Positions 8,739-18,512 of a stretch of 64,000 nucleotides of DNA are shown piece by piece (the first letter of the stretch is position 1; each line of letters opens with the position of its first letter). The notes under the pieces were generated by a model. The model ran no database searches. It was not told the origin of the DNA and worked only from the letters and a program-made list of their open reading frames with translations. Position numbers and translations under genes: made by a program. The DNA is taken from the IMG/VR virus record IMGVR_UViG_3300030117_007612, positions 139,369 through 203,368 of that record. One strand, given 5' to 3'. Origin of the DNA: a virus. Its lineage: Duplodnaviria; Caudoviricetes.

Positions 8739-11700
8739 ATGAGTGATAATGGGGCACCAGTTACTTGGTCAAATATCGGGAAGAGATATAACTACGGCGC
8801 CGGCGCCGAGAAGCAGAGGCAAACGGCCCGCGAAGAAACAGAGCGCAAAAATGCGGCACGTGCCCTAGCTGATACATACCAAACAAATCTTTCCACTGCA
8901 ATCCAAAAGTACAACGGTTCTCCGAATTCTGGCTATATTGACGAGATTGCAACGGGCGATATGGGCTGGGTTGGCTACTCAGACACGCTAGCGAAAACAC
9001 GGGAACAAGTTACAGCATTAGGCATACCCGAGACAGAATCCCCACATAAAGAACTCATAGACGCAGAGAAAACCCTCGCTGCCTATGATGAAACCGTAGC
9101 CAAAAGCAACAAGGCCATGGAAGACGCAGGAATCAAGATGCTTAAGCCCGGAGAGCAACCATCTGAAGGTTATGTTCCTGCGCCTTTGTATCCGGCTTGG
9201 TATGGGGAAAAAGGCCGCCCAATGGCTGCGGCTATGGGTCTTGCGCCAAAAACGCGCCCGTCCACGGCCGCCACCGGTGCACCGGCCGGATCCCGCGCGG
9301 CATCAGGTGTTGCCGGGACAGTTGCCACGAAGACATACGGACAACAACAGAGATTCAGACAACAGTGCTATTTGTTGAGTCGCATAAAACGTTTTGCAAA
9401 ATTTAGCGCAACGCTTCATTCCGGATACGTAGTTGATGAGGTTGATCGTAGTAGAAAATTACCATATTTTGACGGAGTTTCAAATACCTCAATTCCCGTT
9501 GTAGGTGAGCCCTTTGGATTAATGAATAAACTAATCGGGAACTCAAAAAGCGAAGAATTAAATAACCTAACGACAGCACAGATATCGGCATTGATACCGT
9601 TACTGAGAATATTTAAGGTACATAGATTGCCGAATGGTACCGAACGGCATAACGAAATACTTTTTGACACACACGTAACCCGAACCGACATGACAGTCTT
9701 TGAAAGTCGCTCTGCCCGCGGTGCCGGATCCGGCCTAAACAGCTTTGACATAACCTTTGATGGTAGTAACTTTTTTACAGCCAAAAAAGCGATAAAAGCT
9801 AAGCTAAGCATGCATTTCGATTCATTTAACGACATAATTAGAATTCGAAGGAGCAATTCTGGGCAAACCTTTAGATATGTTGACTTGGCACTAAGAACCA
9901 GCAGCGCCTCCGGTGGAAGAAAAGATCCAAACCGGGACTCATTTCCTGAAAGCTACAGGATCAAAGTTATTGCTGGTTGGTCAGTACCTAGATCTGGCTT
10001 GGATAAGGAGCTGTTTAAAGATCAGGAGTTAAGAACAGCGATAGAAAACTCTTCTGTGATCTTTAATTTAACAATGGTTTCTCACACATTTAACGTTGAT
10101 GATCTGGGCAGGGTTACTTTCGATATTGATTATATGGCATATATTGATGCGGCTTTTTCAACAAAGTATGCAAATGTTCTAACAAATACCGATTTAATGG
10201 AAAAGTACTTAAAAAGAGAGTCCACCCTTAGAATAATTTCTAAATCTGACTGTACCTCGGAAGAAAAATCAAAATTGAAAAAAGAATTATCCTTGGAAGC
10301 AGAGAGAGACAAAAAGACTGCTTTGAAAACATTATTGGAAAAATTAGGAAGCGAAAAAAAGATATTTTACCACATCATACCCATGGCAGCCCTAGATAGT
10401 TTTAATAAGCTAGGCCCATGGGCTGAAGACGACTCACTTGAGATAGAAGAAGGTGAAAACTTTGTCCAAAATGATGTTGAAAAAGACATCCTTAATATAA
10501 TAGATGCCTATGATAAAAAGAAAGATTTACCTGAAAATTTAACTGGATTAATTCGTCGCCCCACATCAAACAAGGAATACATACTGCCCTTCTTTTTTCT
10601 TGGCGACTTGCTCGACGCAGGCCTTGGAAACATTTCTGAATATACCTCGGACGCACACAATATAGCATCAGGCAATCCGGATGTTGATGGAGATTTTCTA
10701 TCTTTTTCTCACTCCTTCCAAGGTTTAAGAATTCTGACCGGAGATATCGAATTAGTGGAACCAAAAACAGGCGCAATTTACAGGGCCAACATGGCAGACG
10801 TCCCGGTATCTATTGATTATTTTGTGGAATGGTTTATGGGCAAAGTAATCTCGAAAGGCGGAGAGCCTGAATATCCATTGAGTAATTTTGTCAAAGACTT
10901 GATGAATAGTATTCTTACAACTGCTGGGGATGCCGAGTGTTTTGGATCTTCAGCAATTTCAAAAGTTCATGCCCGAGTCAGTTATCTTTCTGGGCTAGCC
11001 TCAGTTCGAGGCGCCGACCCGGCCACCATGGCAGCATCCAAATCCGGCATGAAAAGAATCGACATAGATGAAATAACCCAAAAAGGTTCACGGGCTCTGA
11101 TTAGAACCTCAGATTCCGTAGATAAACTGGCCACAGAAAGCAAACCGACATACCAATATATTGTATTTTATGCTTCTCGGGCCTATCCCCACAGCAGACA
11201 AGGTCATTATGTGAACGATGCCCAAGTCGGTATTCCTCATTTTGAAATCGGCCGCGGCGAGGGTATGGTTAAAAATATACAATTTCAAAAAGCCGAACAG
11301 AAATATTTCAAAGAAATGATGCTTGAACAAGAGGGTTACGAAGGCTTGGCTCAAGTTAGGGAACCCTATGCTGTAACGATTACCATGTTTGGCAATTTAA
11401 ATTATTTTCCGGGATCGTACATATATGTTGACCCACGCGGTTTGGGTTCAATGATGGGATCACCACAAGATGATAAAGGAGACGATGGGTATGGCAGTCT
11501 CGCTTGGCAGCTCGGAATGGGCGGATATTATATGATTACAAAGACCGCCAGTAAAATCACAAGCGGAATATACGAAACAACGCTATATGCCACATGGGTT
11601 GCACGAGGCGCCCGCCATGATCCTGAATTGGCGCCGTCTGTGATGGCCGAAGCGGCAGAAGACTGCGAATCTCTACCAAAACCAATTGTCAATGTTAGCC

Positions 11701-11834
11701 TCGTCGAAAGAGGAAAGTTCGACCAGATCGGCATCTTCGTGTCGCCCAACGAGGCAAAGCCCGGCGATGTTGTTGGGTACGTCGAAAATTCGAGAACAGG
11801 CGAGAAGCGGTATACGCGCCTGCCCGATGAATAG
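8739..11834 (+). CDS. Baseplate hub protein (gp27/VgrG-like) with N-terminal extension
   Basis: 1031 aa after the LysM gene; FFFLGDLLD, FPGSYIYVDP, GGYYMITK terminal beta-strand patterns. Confidence 0.65.
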   Translation: MSDNGAPVTWSNIGKRYNYGAGAEKQRQTAREETERKNAARALADTYQTNLSTAIQKYNGSPNSGYIDEIATGDMGWVGYSDTLAKTREQVTALGIPETESPHKELIDAEKTLAAYDETVAKSNKAMEDAGIKMLKPGEQPSEGYVPAPLYPAWYGEKGRPMAAAMGLAPKTRPSTAATGAPAGSRAASGVAGTVATKTYGQQQRFRQQCYLLSRIKRFAKFSATLHSGYVVDEVDRSRKLPYFDGVSNTSIPVVGEPFGLMNKLIGNSKSEELNNLTTAQISALIPLLRIFKVHRLPNGTERHNEILFDTHVTRTDMTVFESRSARGAGSGLNSFDITFDGSNFFTAKKAIKAKLSMHFDSFNDIIRIRRSNSGQTFRYVDLALRTSSASGGRKDPNRDSFPESYRIKVIAGWSVPRSGLDKELFKDQELRTAIENSSVIFNLTMVSHTFNVDDLGRVTFDIDYMAYIDAAFSTKYANVLTNTDLMEKYLKRESTLRIISKSDCTSEEKSKLKKELSLEAERDKKTALKTLLEKLGSEKKIFYHIIPMAALDSFNKLGPWAEDDSLEIEEGENFVQNDVEKDILNIIDAYDKKKDLPENLTGLIRRPTSNKEYILPFFFLGDLLDAGLGNISEYTSDAHNIASGNPDVDGDFLSFSHSFQGLRILTGDIELVEPKTGAIYRANMADVPVSIDYFVEWFMGKVISKGGEPEYPLSNFVKDLMNSILTTAGDAECFGSSAISKVHARVSYLSGLASVRGADPATMAASKSGMKRIDIDEITQKGSRALIRTSDSVDKLATESKPTYQYIVFYASRAYPHSRQGHYVNDAQVGIPHFEIGRGEGMVKNIQFQKAEQKYFKEMMLEQEGYEGLAQVREPYAVTITMFGNLNYFPGSYIYVDPRGLGSMMGSPQDDKGDDGYGSLAWQLGMGGYYMITKTASKITSGIYETTLYATWVARGARHDPELAPSVMAEAAEDCESLPKPIVNVSLVERGKFDQIGIFVSPNEAKPGDVVGYVENSRTGEKRYTRLPDE

Positions 11835-11845
11835 GAGAATAAAAA

Positions 11846-13141
11846 ATGGCAAAATCATTTAAAGGATCAAATCGATTAGTAAACGCACGGGGTATATTCA
11901 ATGAAAAAACCATATACAACACAGACAACCTGTTGATAGACTATTCAGAAAGATATGCAAATTTTGTATTTTTCAATTTGTATGAATTTCAACTGTATGG
12001 TAGGGTTGCCAGATTGCCCGCCCCTATAATTTTGAGACCAAAAGCGCTTACCGGACCCTCACTCAAAAGCCTTGAATCCCGCAGTGAATCACAAATACGA
12101 TTGGTTAATTTTGTTGCTGATGCTTTTGCAGACTTTAAAGCAGCTTTTAGAAAAAAACAATATAAAGGTGAATTAGCCACCAATGAAACATTTTTAAGTA
12201 ATATTGTGCCATACAAGGGTCACATAAGTGCAGACGCAGAGTACGCCAAACATCGACAAAATATTTTTAATGCAATAAATCAGCATGTTTTTGATAAAAA
12301 TTTACAAATTAAAAATTTTCAAGATTTTATGAGAACTGTAGAGGGTTTATTTTATCAATTCGCCGACAAAATACCTGTCACTCGATCTGGTTTTATAAAA
12401 AGCAGATTCTGTTCGCCCTTGGTTAGTGGGCTGGTGGTCGAAATATCAAGCTTAAACTATGACGACGATCAAAGAAAGTTTGATGCATTTATTTCTAGTC
12501 CCAATTTTGAATTTTATTTAAACAATGCGCGCGAACACGGATTCTATGTTGACGCATCTGCGCCATGGCGAATGATTGCAGATCTTGGATCGACCCAGAT
12601 GGAAAGATATATGGAGAATTACGATGTGCGACCGGCTGTAAATAGTGATCTAGAGCATGTTGACATTGTGCTCACATCATATTATGATATAGCAGCACCG
12701 GACGGATTTGAGTTGCTTATTACAACGCTTGTGGGCATGTATAATTCTTTTGTTGGTCTTAATCCTTATGATACTGAGCCCTTTATGTGTTCGAATGGTG
12801 AAACGATGATTAGGGGCATAACACGCAAAGAGATAACGATTCAATATGCTACCAAGCTTTATTCAACTCATTACTGGCTGTGGTTGTATCTTAGATTGAG
12901 AAATATCGAATCAAATTCAATCTTAAATGAAGAGAATTTACACATTTTATACAACAATCTTTCAAAAATGGTTGACAAACTACCCATTAGGGATATATTA
13001 TGGATGATGGAGATTGCAATTTGTGACGTTTCCGGTGAATCTGGATCCTATCATAATTTTGCTAAAGGTCTGACCCAAGAAGAGCAATATAAACTAAACA
13101 TGGCAATTTATAGGGGTGCACGTGATATTTCAAGCTATTGA
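11846..13141 (+). CDS. Hypothetical protein, possible degenerate peptidase M15 (VanY-like) fold
   Basis: VADAF.DF helix, SGLVVEI, YLNNAREHGF....APWR resemble M15B blocks without the Zn ligands. Confidence 0.35.
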   Translation: MAKSFKGSNRLVNARGIFNEKTIYNTDNLLIDYSERYANFVFFNLYEFQLYGRVARLPAPIILRPKALTGPSLKSLESRSESQIRLVNFVADAFADFKAAFRKKQYKGELATNETFLSNIVPYKGHISADAEYAKHRQNIFNAINQHVFDKNLQIKNFQDFMRTVEGLFYQFADKIPVTRSGFIKSRFCSPLVSGLVVEISSLNYDDDQRKFDAFISSPNFEFYLNNAREHGFYVDASAPWRMIADLGSTQMERYMENYDVRPAVNSDLEHVDIVLTSYYDIAAPDGFELLITTLVGMYNSFVGLNPYDTEPFMCSNGETMIRGITRKEITIQYATKLYSTHYWLWLYLRLRNIESNSILNEENLHILYNNLSKMVDKLPIRDILWMMEIAICDVSGESGSYHNFAKGLTQEEQYKLNMAIYRGARDISSY

Positions 13142-14306
13142 TGACAACAAAAGCTGTGTTGGTGTCTATTCTGGTGGGGAGCTTATATTCAATAAGCTAC
13201 CGGAGAATTTAACCAAAACGTGGAAATACGCAGCTTATCTGGACAATATGGATGTTGAATATGCATATATTTATGCAAACGGTCAACAATTGGCCGAAGT
13301 ATGCCCCGAGCACCTGCTGGGCGATTGGAAGCGCGTGAAAAAGAAGTTTGAGGCATATTTGAAAACCTTTCAAATAGCTAAAGTTTCATTATATGACAAT
13401 TGTTTGTATGATTTGGTACCTCATGGGTTTTTGAAGGAATTCTTTAATGTTCGAAACAACATCACAAAGCATGTTTTTGAAAATTATGATAAACCCGACA
13501 ACTACGATTTCTTGAGCGAAACATACAAAACAGTATACGACATAAAACACCAGCAACTAAACATCGATTATAATTCTATTCAAAAGGCTAGCCTCTCGCA
13601 TGCTATGAAGGGCTATCTTCATAATTTGAAAAAATACGAAAAACGCTGCTCATACAACATATTCGGAACAAAAACAGGCCGGTTTACTAACACCTCAGAT
13701 TCTTTTCCAATATTGACAATGCCGAAAGCCTTGAGGGGGGTAATTAAGCCACAAAATGATTGGCTACTGGCTTTGGATTACAATGGAGCCGAGGTCAGAA
13801 CGCTGCTGTCCCTTTTGGGGGAACAACAGCCAGAGCACGACATCCATGAATGGAATGCAAAAAATATATTTGATAAAACACTCGATCGCGATGAAGCTAA
13901 AAAGAGATTTTTTGCATGGCTCTATAACCCCAAGTCTGATGATGTAAGTTCTGAATTCTACGATCGTGATAAAATTATTGAGAAGTACTGGAGCGACGGG
14001 GAGCTTCAAACCGTCTATGGCAGGCGGATCAAAGTCAACAAAGAGAAAGCATTAAATTATTGCCTGCAAAGTACGTGTGCCGACACTATATCCGATCGCA
14101 TGAATGTGATTCATAATTTTTTGAAAGATAAAAAATCAAAAATTGCATTTTCCGTGCATGATGAGATTGTGATTGATATGGCAAATGAGGAAAAAGGCCA
14201 CATACCAGAGTTAGTCGAACTGTTCTCCAATAACAAATTGGACAAGTTTTCGACAACTGTTAAGGCTGGCAAAAACTTCGGTGATTTAAGGAAACTAAAC
14301 CTATGA
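13116..14306 (+). CDS. Reduced family A DNA polymerase
   Basis: T.TGRF, motif A LALDYNGAEVRTL, motif B RDEAKKRFF, motif C VHDEIV; only 396 aa. Confidence 0.85.
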   Translation: MHVIFQAIDDNKSCVGVYSGGELIFNKLPENLTKTWKYAAYLDNMDVEYAYIYANGQQLAEVCPEHLLGDWKRVKKKFEAYLKTFQIAKVSLYDNCLYDLVPHGFLKEFFNVRNNITKHVFENYDKPDNYDFLSETYKTVYDIKHQQLNIDYNSIQKASLSHAMKGYLHNLKKYEKRCSYNIFGTKTGRFTNTSDSFPILTMPKALRGVIKPQNDWLLALDYNGAEVRTLLSLLGEQQPEHDIHEWNAKNIFDKTLDRDEAKKRFFAWLYNPKSDDVSSEFYDRDKIIEKYWSDGELQTVYGRRIKVNKEKALNYCLQSTCADTISDRMNVIHNFLKDKKSKIAFSVHDEIVIDMANEEKGHIPELVELFSNNKLDKFSTTVKAGKNFGDLRKLNL

Positions 14307-15139
14307 TCAGTGTGATTGGAGTTGGTACCGCCGGAATTAACGTAGCGGAAAAGTTCGCAGGCTACCCGCAGTATAATATTTATAAAGTTGGCGACGTCAA
14401 GGGAGAAAACAAAAACGAATATCAATGGCGACCAGATAATATGGAGCCCGAATTTATCGAAGAAAACACACCAGATTTAAAACAATTTTTTAGTGAAGTT
14501 GATAATGATATATATTTCATAATTGCTGGTGACTCTTTGCTGGCAAACGCAACGCTGGCCCTTTTAGAGCAAGTAAAAGATCACAAAATCAGCGTCTTCT
14601 TTTTACATCCCGAAGTCAAGTTGTTAACAGCCAAAAAGAAACTCCAGAACCGCGCCATATTTAATGTATTACAGGAGTATACACGTTCGGGACTGTTTGT
14701 TTCATTAAATGTAATCAATAATTACAATTTCGAAAGCATTCTTGGTTCAATTCCAATAAAAAACTATTGGGACAATATCAATAGTACAATTGTTTCTTCG
14801 ATTCACATGATGAATGTTTTTAGATTTTCAAAGCCAATGCTGGGCAAACTTCATGAATCACAAAGCATATCTAGGATCCGAACCTTTGGCATTGTTGCAA
14901 TGAAAGATTTTGAAGAAAAGTTGTTTTTTGAGCTTGACAACGTTAGGGAAAAGAGATATTATATAGGTATAAATGAAGAAACACTAGAAAGTGACGAAGG
15001 GCTGTATACTAAAATCTTGACCAATATAAGCAACAAATCAGAAGATGGCGAAATTGATGTTTCATACGCAATTTATCCAACTAAGTATGATTACGACTTA
15101 GCTTATTGTGAACATTCAACACACTTTATTCAAACATAA
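14303..15139 (+). CDS. Divergent tubulin/FtsZ-family protein
   Basis: N-terminal VIGVGTAGINVAEKF loop and Rossmann-like pattern; GGGTGSG signature absent. Confidence 0.65.
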   Translation: MISVIGVGTAGINVAEKFAGYPQYNIYKVGDVKGENKNEYQWRPDNMEPEFIEENTPDLKQFFSEVDNDIYFIIAGDSLLANATLALLEQVKDHKISVFFLHPEVKLLTAKKKLQNRAIFNVLQEYTRSGLFVSLNVINNYNFESILGSIPIKNYWDNINSTIVSSIHMMNVFRFSKPMLGKLHESQSISRIRTFGIVAMKDFEEKLFFELDNVREKRYYIGINEETLESDEGLYTKILTNISNKSEDGEIDVSYAIYPTKYDYDLAYCEHSTHFIQT

Positions 15140-15147
15140 AATAACAC

Positions 15148-15176
15148 TTTACATTACCACAAATAGTGGTTATAAT
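15148..15176 (+). promoter_or_regulatory. Sigma70-type promoter
   Basis: TTTACA-N17-TATAAT. Confidence 0.8.
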
Positions 15177-15251
15177 AGCTTTAGATATCGGGAACATTTG
15201 CTCGATATACTATACGTGCAATAGCACAAAATGACAAAAGGAGAAAATTAA

Positions 15252-16016
15252 ATGTCAATCAACATGGAACTAATGAGAGAAAAGCTCTCAACCCTTCGGG
15301 GCGAAAACGAAAACAACAAGTCGGATGTATTCTGGCGCCCACCAGAGGGCGAGTCTATCATCCGAATCGTACCAACAGACGATGGGGACCCCTTCAAGGA
15401 GGTTCACTTTCACTATAATGTGCCCAACTATAAGGGCGGCATTATGTGCCCAAAACGCAATTTCGGCGATCGTTGCCCAATTTGCGACTTTGCTTCTTCA
15501 GTGTGGCGTGAAGGCGTCGACAACAATGATGAAGAAAGCAAGAAGCTGGCCAAGTCCTTGTTTGTTCGGGCCCGATACTTTTCACCGGTAATTTCTCGCG
15601 ATGACGAGGATGCAGGCGTCAAGGTTTACGGCTACGGCAAGAAGGCTTATGAGCTTTTGCTGGGATATGTATTGGATCCCGAGTACGGAGATATCACAGA
15701 TGCCGATGAGGGCACGGACATCGCAGTGACATATACCAAGCCAACGCGCCCCGGCGCATACCCTCAAACTAGCATGAAGATGCGACGTTCAACGTCGCCA
15801 CTTCTGGAGGATCAGGAGCGAATCCCTGCCCTCTTGGATAGTGTGCCTGATATTATGGCACTATTCAAACGCTCGACTCCGGAGGAGATCGACCAAATCC
15901 TTGACGAATATTTGTCAGGAGACGCCAGTGCAGAGCAGCGATCAAGCGAGACCCACAAGTACGAAAAAGAAACAAATAGTGTGGACGCTGCTTTTGACGA
16001 GCTACTGGCTGGCTAA
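15252..16016 (+). CDS. Single-stranded DNA-binding protein (T4 gp32-like)
   Basis: FWRP..G...IRIVP, HY, C..CPIC Zn site, YGYGKK, acidic C-terminus. Confidence 0.9.
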   Translation: MSINMELMREKLSTLRGENENNKSDVFWRPPEGESIIRIVPTDDGDPFKEVHFHYNVPNYKGGIMCPKRNFGDRCPICDFASSVWREGVDNNDEESKKLAKSLFVRARYFSPVISRDDEDAGVKVYGYGKKAYELLLGYVLDPEYGDITDADEGTDIAVTYTKPTRPGAYPQTSMKMRRSTSPLLEDQERIPALLDSVPDIMALFKRSTPEEIDQILDEYLSGDASAEQRSSETHKYEKETNSVDAAFDELLAG

Positions 16017-16033
16017 TGTGCTAGTCCCGCAGG

Positions 16034-16063
16034 GAGGCACGGGGAACAGGTGCCTCATTTTTT
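16034..16063 (+). terminator. Intrinsic terminator
   Basis: GAGGCAC-N9-GTGCCTC followed by ATTTTTT. Confidence 0.65.
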
Positions 16064-16082
16064 ATACCAATTAGAGGATTTT

Positions 16083-17228
16083 ATGGCAAGAGCTAAAAAA
16101 GTAAAGGCCGGAAAGCTTTCTATGTCTGATATGCGCAAGCTCATCAACAAGAAGGCCGGCCAAAATGTAGCACATGATTTAACTGATGAGAACCCAACGT
16201 CAGTTAAGCAATGGATCCCCACCGGCTCTCGGTGGCTTGATTCAATTATTTGCCGCGGCAAACGTGCGGGTATTCCAGTAGGCAAGGTTTCGGAAATTGC
16301 CGGCCTTGAAGCGACCGGCAAGTCATACATGGCCGCGCAGATTGCTGCGAATGCTCAAAAAATGGGGATTGACGTTATCTATTTTGATTCTGAGTCGGCA
16401 ATCGACCCGGCGTTCCTTGAGCGTGCTGGTTGTGATTTAAATAGCTTGCTGTACGTTCAGGCTGTTTCTGTTGAGTTTGTACTTGAAACAATTGAGGATC
16501 TGCTAGGAAATAATGAAAATCAGATGTTATTCATCTGGGATTCACTGGCTTTGACCCCAAGTGTTTCTGATGTTGAGGGTGATTTTAATCCACAATCTTC
16601 CATGGCAGTAAAGGCAAGAATCCTTGCCAAGGGCATGTCAAAACTCACAGTGCCAATCGCGGACACTCAGTCGACTTTTTTGGTACTAAACCAATTAAAG
16701 ACGAATATTCCGCAAGGCCCAATGGCACGTATTGAGGCAATGACAACTCCATATATGACGCCCGGCGGAAAAGCGATGCATTATGCTTATTCTTTGCGAA
16801 TTTGGTTGACTGGACGAAAAGCAAAGTCATCATACATTGAGGATGAGAATGGGTTTCGCATTGGCTCCGAAGTTAAGGCCAAGATCGAAAAGTCGAGGTT
16901 TGGTACTGCCGGCCGCAACTGTAACTTTAGAATCATGTGGTCTGACAGCGTTAGAATTCTTGATGAAGAAAGTTGGTTTAACGCAATTAAGGGATCCAAG
17001 CACTTGACTTCGTCCGGCGCATGGTACACGCTTGATATGGGCAACAACACCACAAAGAAGTTTCAACCATCTCGATGGGCTGATATTATTATGAATGATG
17101 AAAATTTCAGAGAGAGGGTGTTGAGCATAATGGACGAAGAGGTGGTTCTTAAATTCGAACTGCGAGAAGGAAAAGCATCAGATTTTTACGAGGATGAATC
17201 TGCAGATCAAACAACACAAAGTGCTTGA
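16083..17228 (+). CDS. recA: RecA/UvsX recombinase
   Basis: IPTGS..LD, Walker A GLEATGKS, WDS, LNQLK, TPGGKA; start set at ATG 16083 with SD. Confidence 0.95.
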   Translation: MARAKKVKAGKLSMSDMRKLINKKAGQNVAHDLTDENPTSVKQWIPTGSRWLDSIICRGKRAGIPVGKVSEIAGLEATGKSYMAAQIAANAQKMGIDVIYFDSESAIDPAFLERAGCDLNSLLYVQAVSVEFVLETIEDLLGNNENQMLFIWDSLALTPSVSDVEGDFNPQSSMAVKARILAKGMSKLTVPIADTQSTFLVLNQLKTNIPQGPMARIEAMTTPYMTPGGKAMHYAYSLRIWLTGRKAKSSYIEDENGFRIGSEVKAKIEKSRFGTAGRNCNFRIMWSDSVRILDEESWFNAIKGSKHLTSSGAWYTLDMGNNTTKKFQPSRWADIIMNDENFRERVLSIMDEEVVLKFELREGKASDFYEDESADQTTQSA

Positions 17229-17253
17229 CTTTTGCCTCCCCCAGAGTTATAAT
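17225..17253 (+). promoter_or_regulatory. Sigma70-type promoter
   Basis: TTGACT-N17-TATAAT; the -35 overlaps the recA stop. Confidence 0.8.
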
Positions 17254-17283
17254 AATATATAACCTTGAGGGAGGTATTCGTTT

Positions 17284-18213
17284 ATGAGAAACTATGGCTA
17301 CGCATGTATTAATATGGGATTTTCAAATCGTCCCAAGTCCCAGCGCATCACAACCAATCGCACTATGATCAAGCGCACCTTTCAAGAAAAAGGTGTCGAA
17401 TATGCTTCAGAGCTAGCTCTGCAGAATTTGCGCGATTTACGCAAGATCCTTGAATGGAATCTTGCTAACGATATTTACTTTTACCGATTGTCGTCAGACA
17501 TCATTCCGTGGGCTAGCGAGTACAATTTACAGGACATGCCCAACTTTGGCGCTATCCATGCCGCGGCCCTATCCGCTGGTAATTTTGCGCGCCAACATAA
17601 CATGCGCCTTACATCACACCCCGGCCCGTTCAATAAATTAGCCTCGCCCAAGGAGCGAGTATTTCAGCTCACCAAGACTGATTTGACTGTGCATGGCGAT
17701 TTGTTTGACCTTATCGGTTTGCCACGCACGCCGTATGCCAAGCTCAATATTCACGTCGGCGCAGCCTACGGTGACAAGCCTTTTGCTCTCGACAATTTTT
17801 GTCGCAATTTTGAGCGCCTACCGGAAAATGTTCGTACCCGCCTCACCGTCGAAAACGATGACAAGCCGTCACTTTACTCCACACAGGAATTATATGACGG
17901 CGTGTACAAGCGCATTGGCATACCTATCGTGTTCGACTATCATCATCACATGCTGCATCCCGGCGGCCAGTCTGAGCAAGAGGCGCTTGAGCTAGCCCTT
18001 TCTACGTGGGGCGACATCAAGCCCGTCGTGCACTATGCTGAGTCCCGCTCCGTCGAGCACAACAATCCCAAGATCAAACCACAAGCACACTCAGACATGA
18101 TTCGCAACCCTTTTGACGACTATGGCCACGATCTCGATGTTATGATCGAGGCCAAGCACAAAGAACTTGCATTGCTAGAATATCGCAAGCTTTCATTAGA
18201 GAAGGCCGCATGA
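17284..18213 (+). CDS. uvsE: UV-damage endonuclease
   Basis: GYACIN, FYRLSSD, HPGPF, NIHVG, LTVENDDK, FDYHHH, PQAHSD, EAKHKE. Confidence 0.95.
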   Translation: MRNYGYACINMGFSNRPKSQRITTNRTMIKRTFQEKGVEYASELALQNLRDLRKILEWNLANDIYFYRLSSDIIPWASEYNLQDMPNFGAIHAAALSAGNFARQHNMRLTSHPGPFNKLASPKERVFQLTKTDLTVHGDLFDLIGLPRTPYAKLNIHVGAAYGDKPFALDNFCRNFERLPENVRTRLTVENDDKPSLYSTQELYDGVYKRIGIPIVFDYHHHMLHPGGQSEQEALELALSTWGDIKPVVHYAESRSVEHNNPKIKPQAHSDMIRNPFDDYGHDLDVMIEAKHKELALLEYRKLSLEKAA

Positions 18214-18512
18214 ATAAGATCGATCACATTGCTCTGACAACGCCTGAGCCACAAAAGTCGGCCGAATGGTATTGTGACCAATTTGGCGCAAGCCTCCTGT
18301 ATTCTGATGAGACATGGGCCGTGGTTCAATTTGAGAACATCAAGCTAGCGTTTGTAACCAAAACACAGCACCCTGCCCATATTGCATTTGAGGTTGAAGA
18401 ATTCGACCTTAATGAAAAAACCAAGAAACATAGAGACGGCACCACTTCTGTTTACAAAAGTGATCCGTGGAAAAATATTTACGAACTGATCCAATACGGA
18501 AATGAAAAATGA
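18210..18512 (+). CDS. VOC/glyoxalase-family protein
   Basis: IDHIAL, WY...FG, HIAF, DPW.N..ELI. Confidence 0.8.
   Translation: MNKIDHIALTTPEPQKSAEWYCDQFGASLLYSDETWAVVQFENIKLAFVTKTQHPAHIAFEVEEFDLNEKTKKHRDGTTSVYKSDPWKNIYELIQYGNEK

Noticed and set aside
3-11834. Extracellular contractile injection system or tailocin
   Set aside because: Contiguous with a full phage replisome, tRNAs and a phage early region, so a phage tail module is the simpler reading.
14303-15139. Evidence for a nucleus-forming (chimallin) phage
   Set aside because: No chimallin or multisubunit RNAP genes in the window; promoters are host sigma70 type and the tubulin signature is degenerate.
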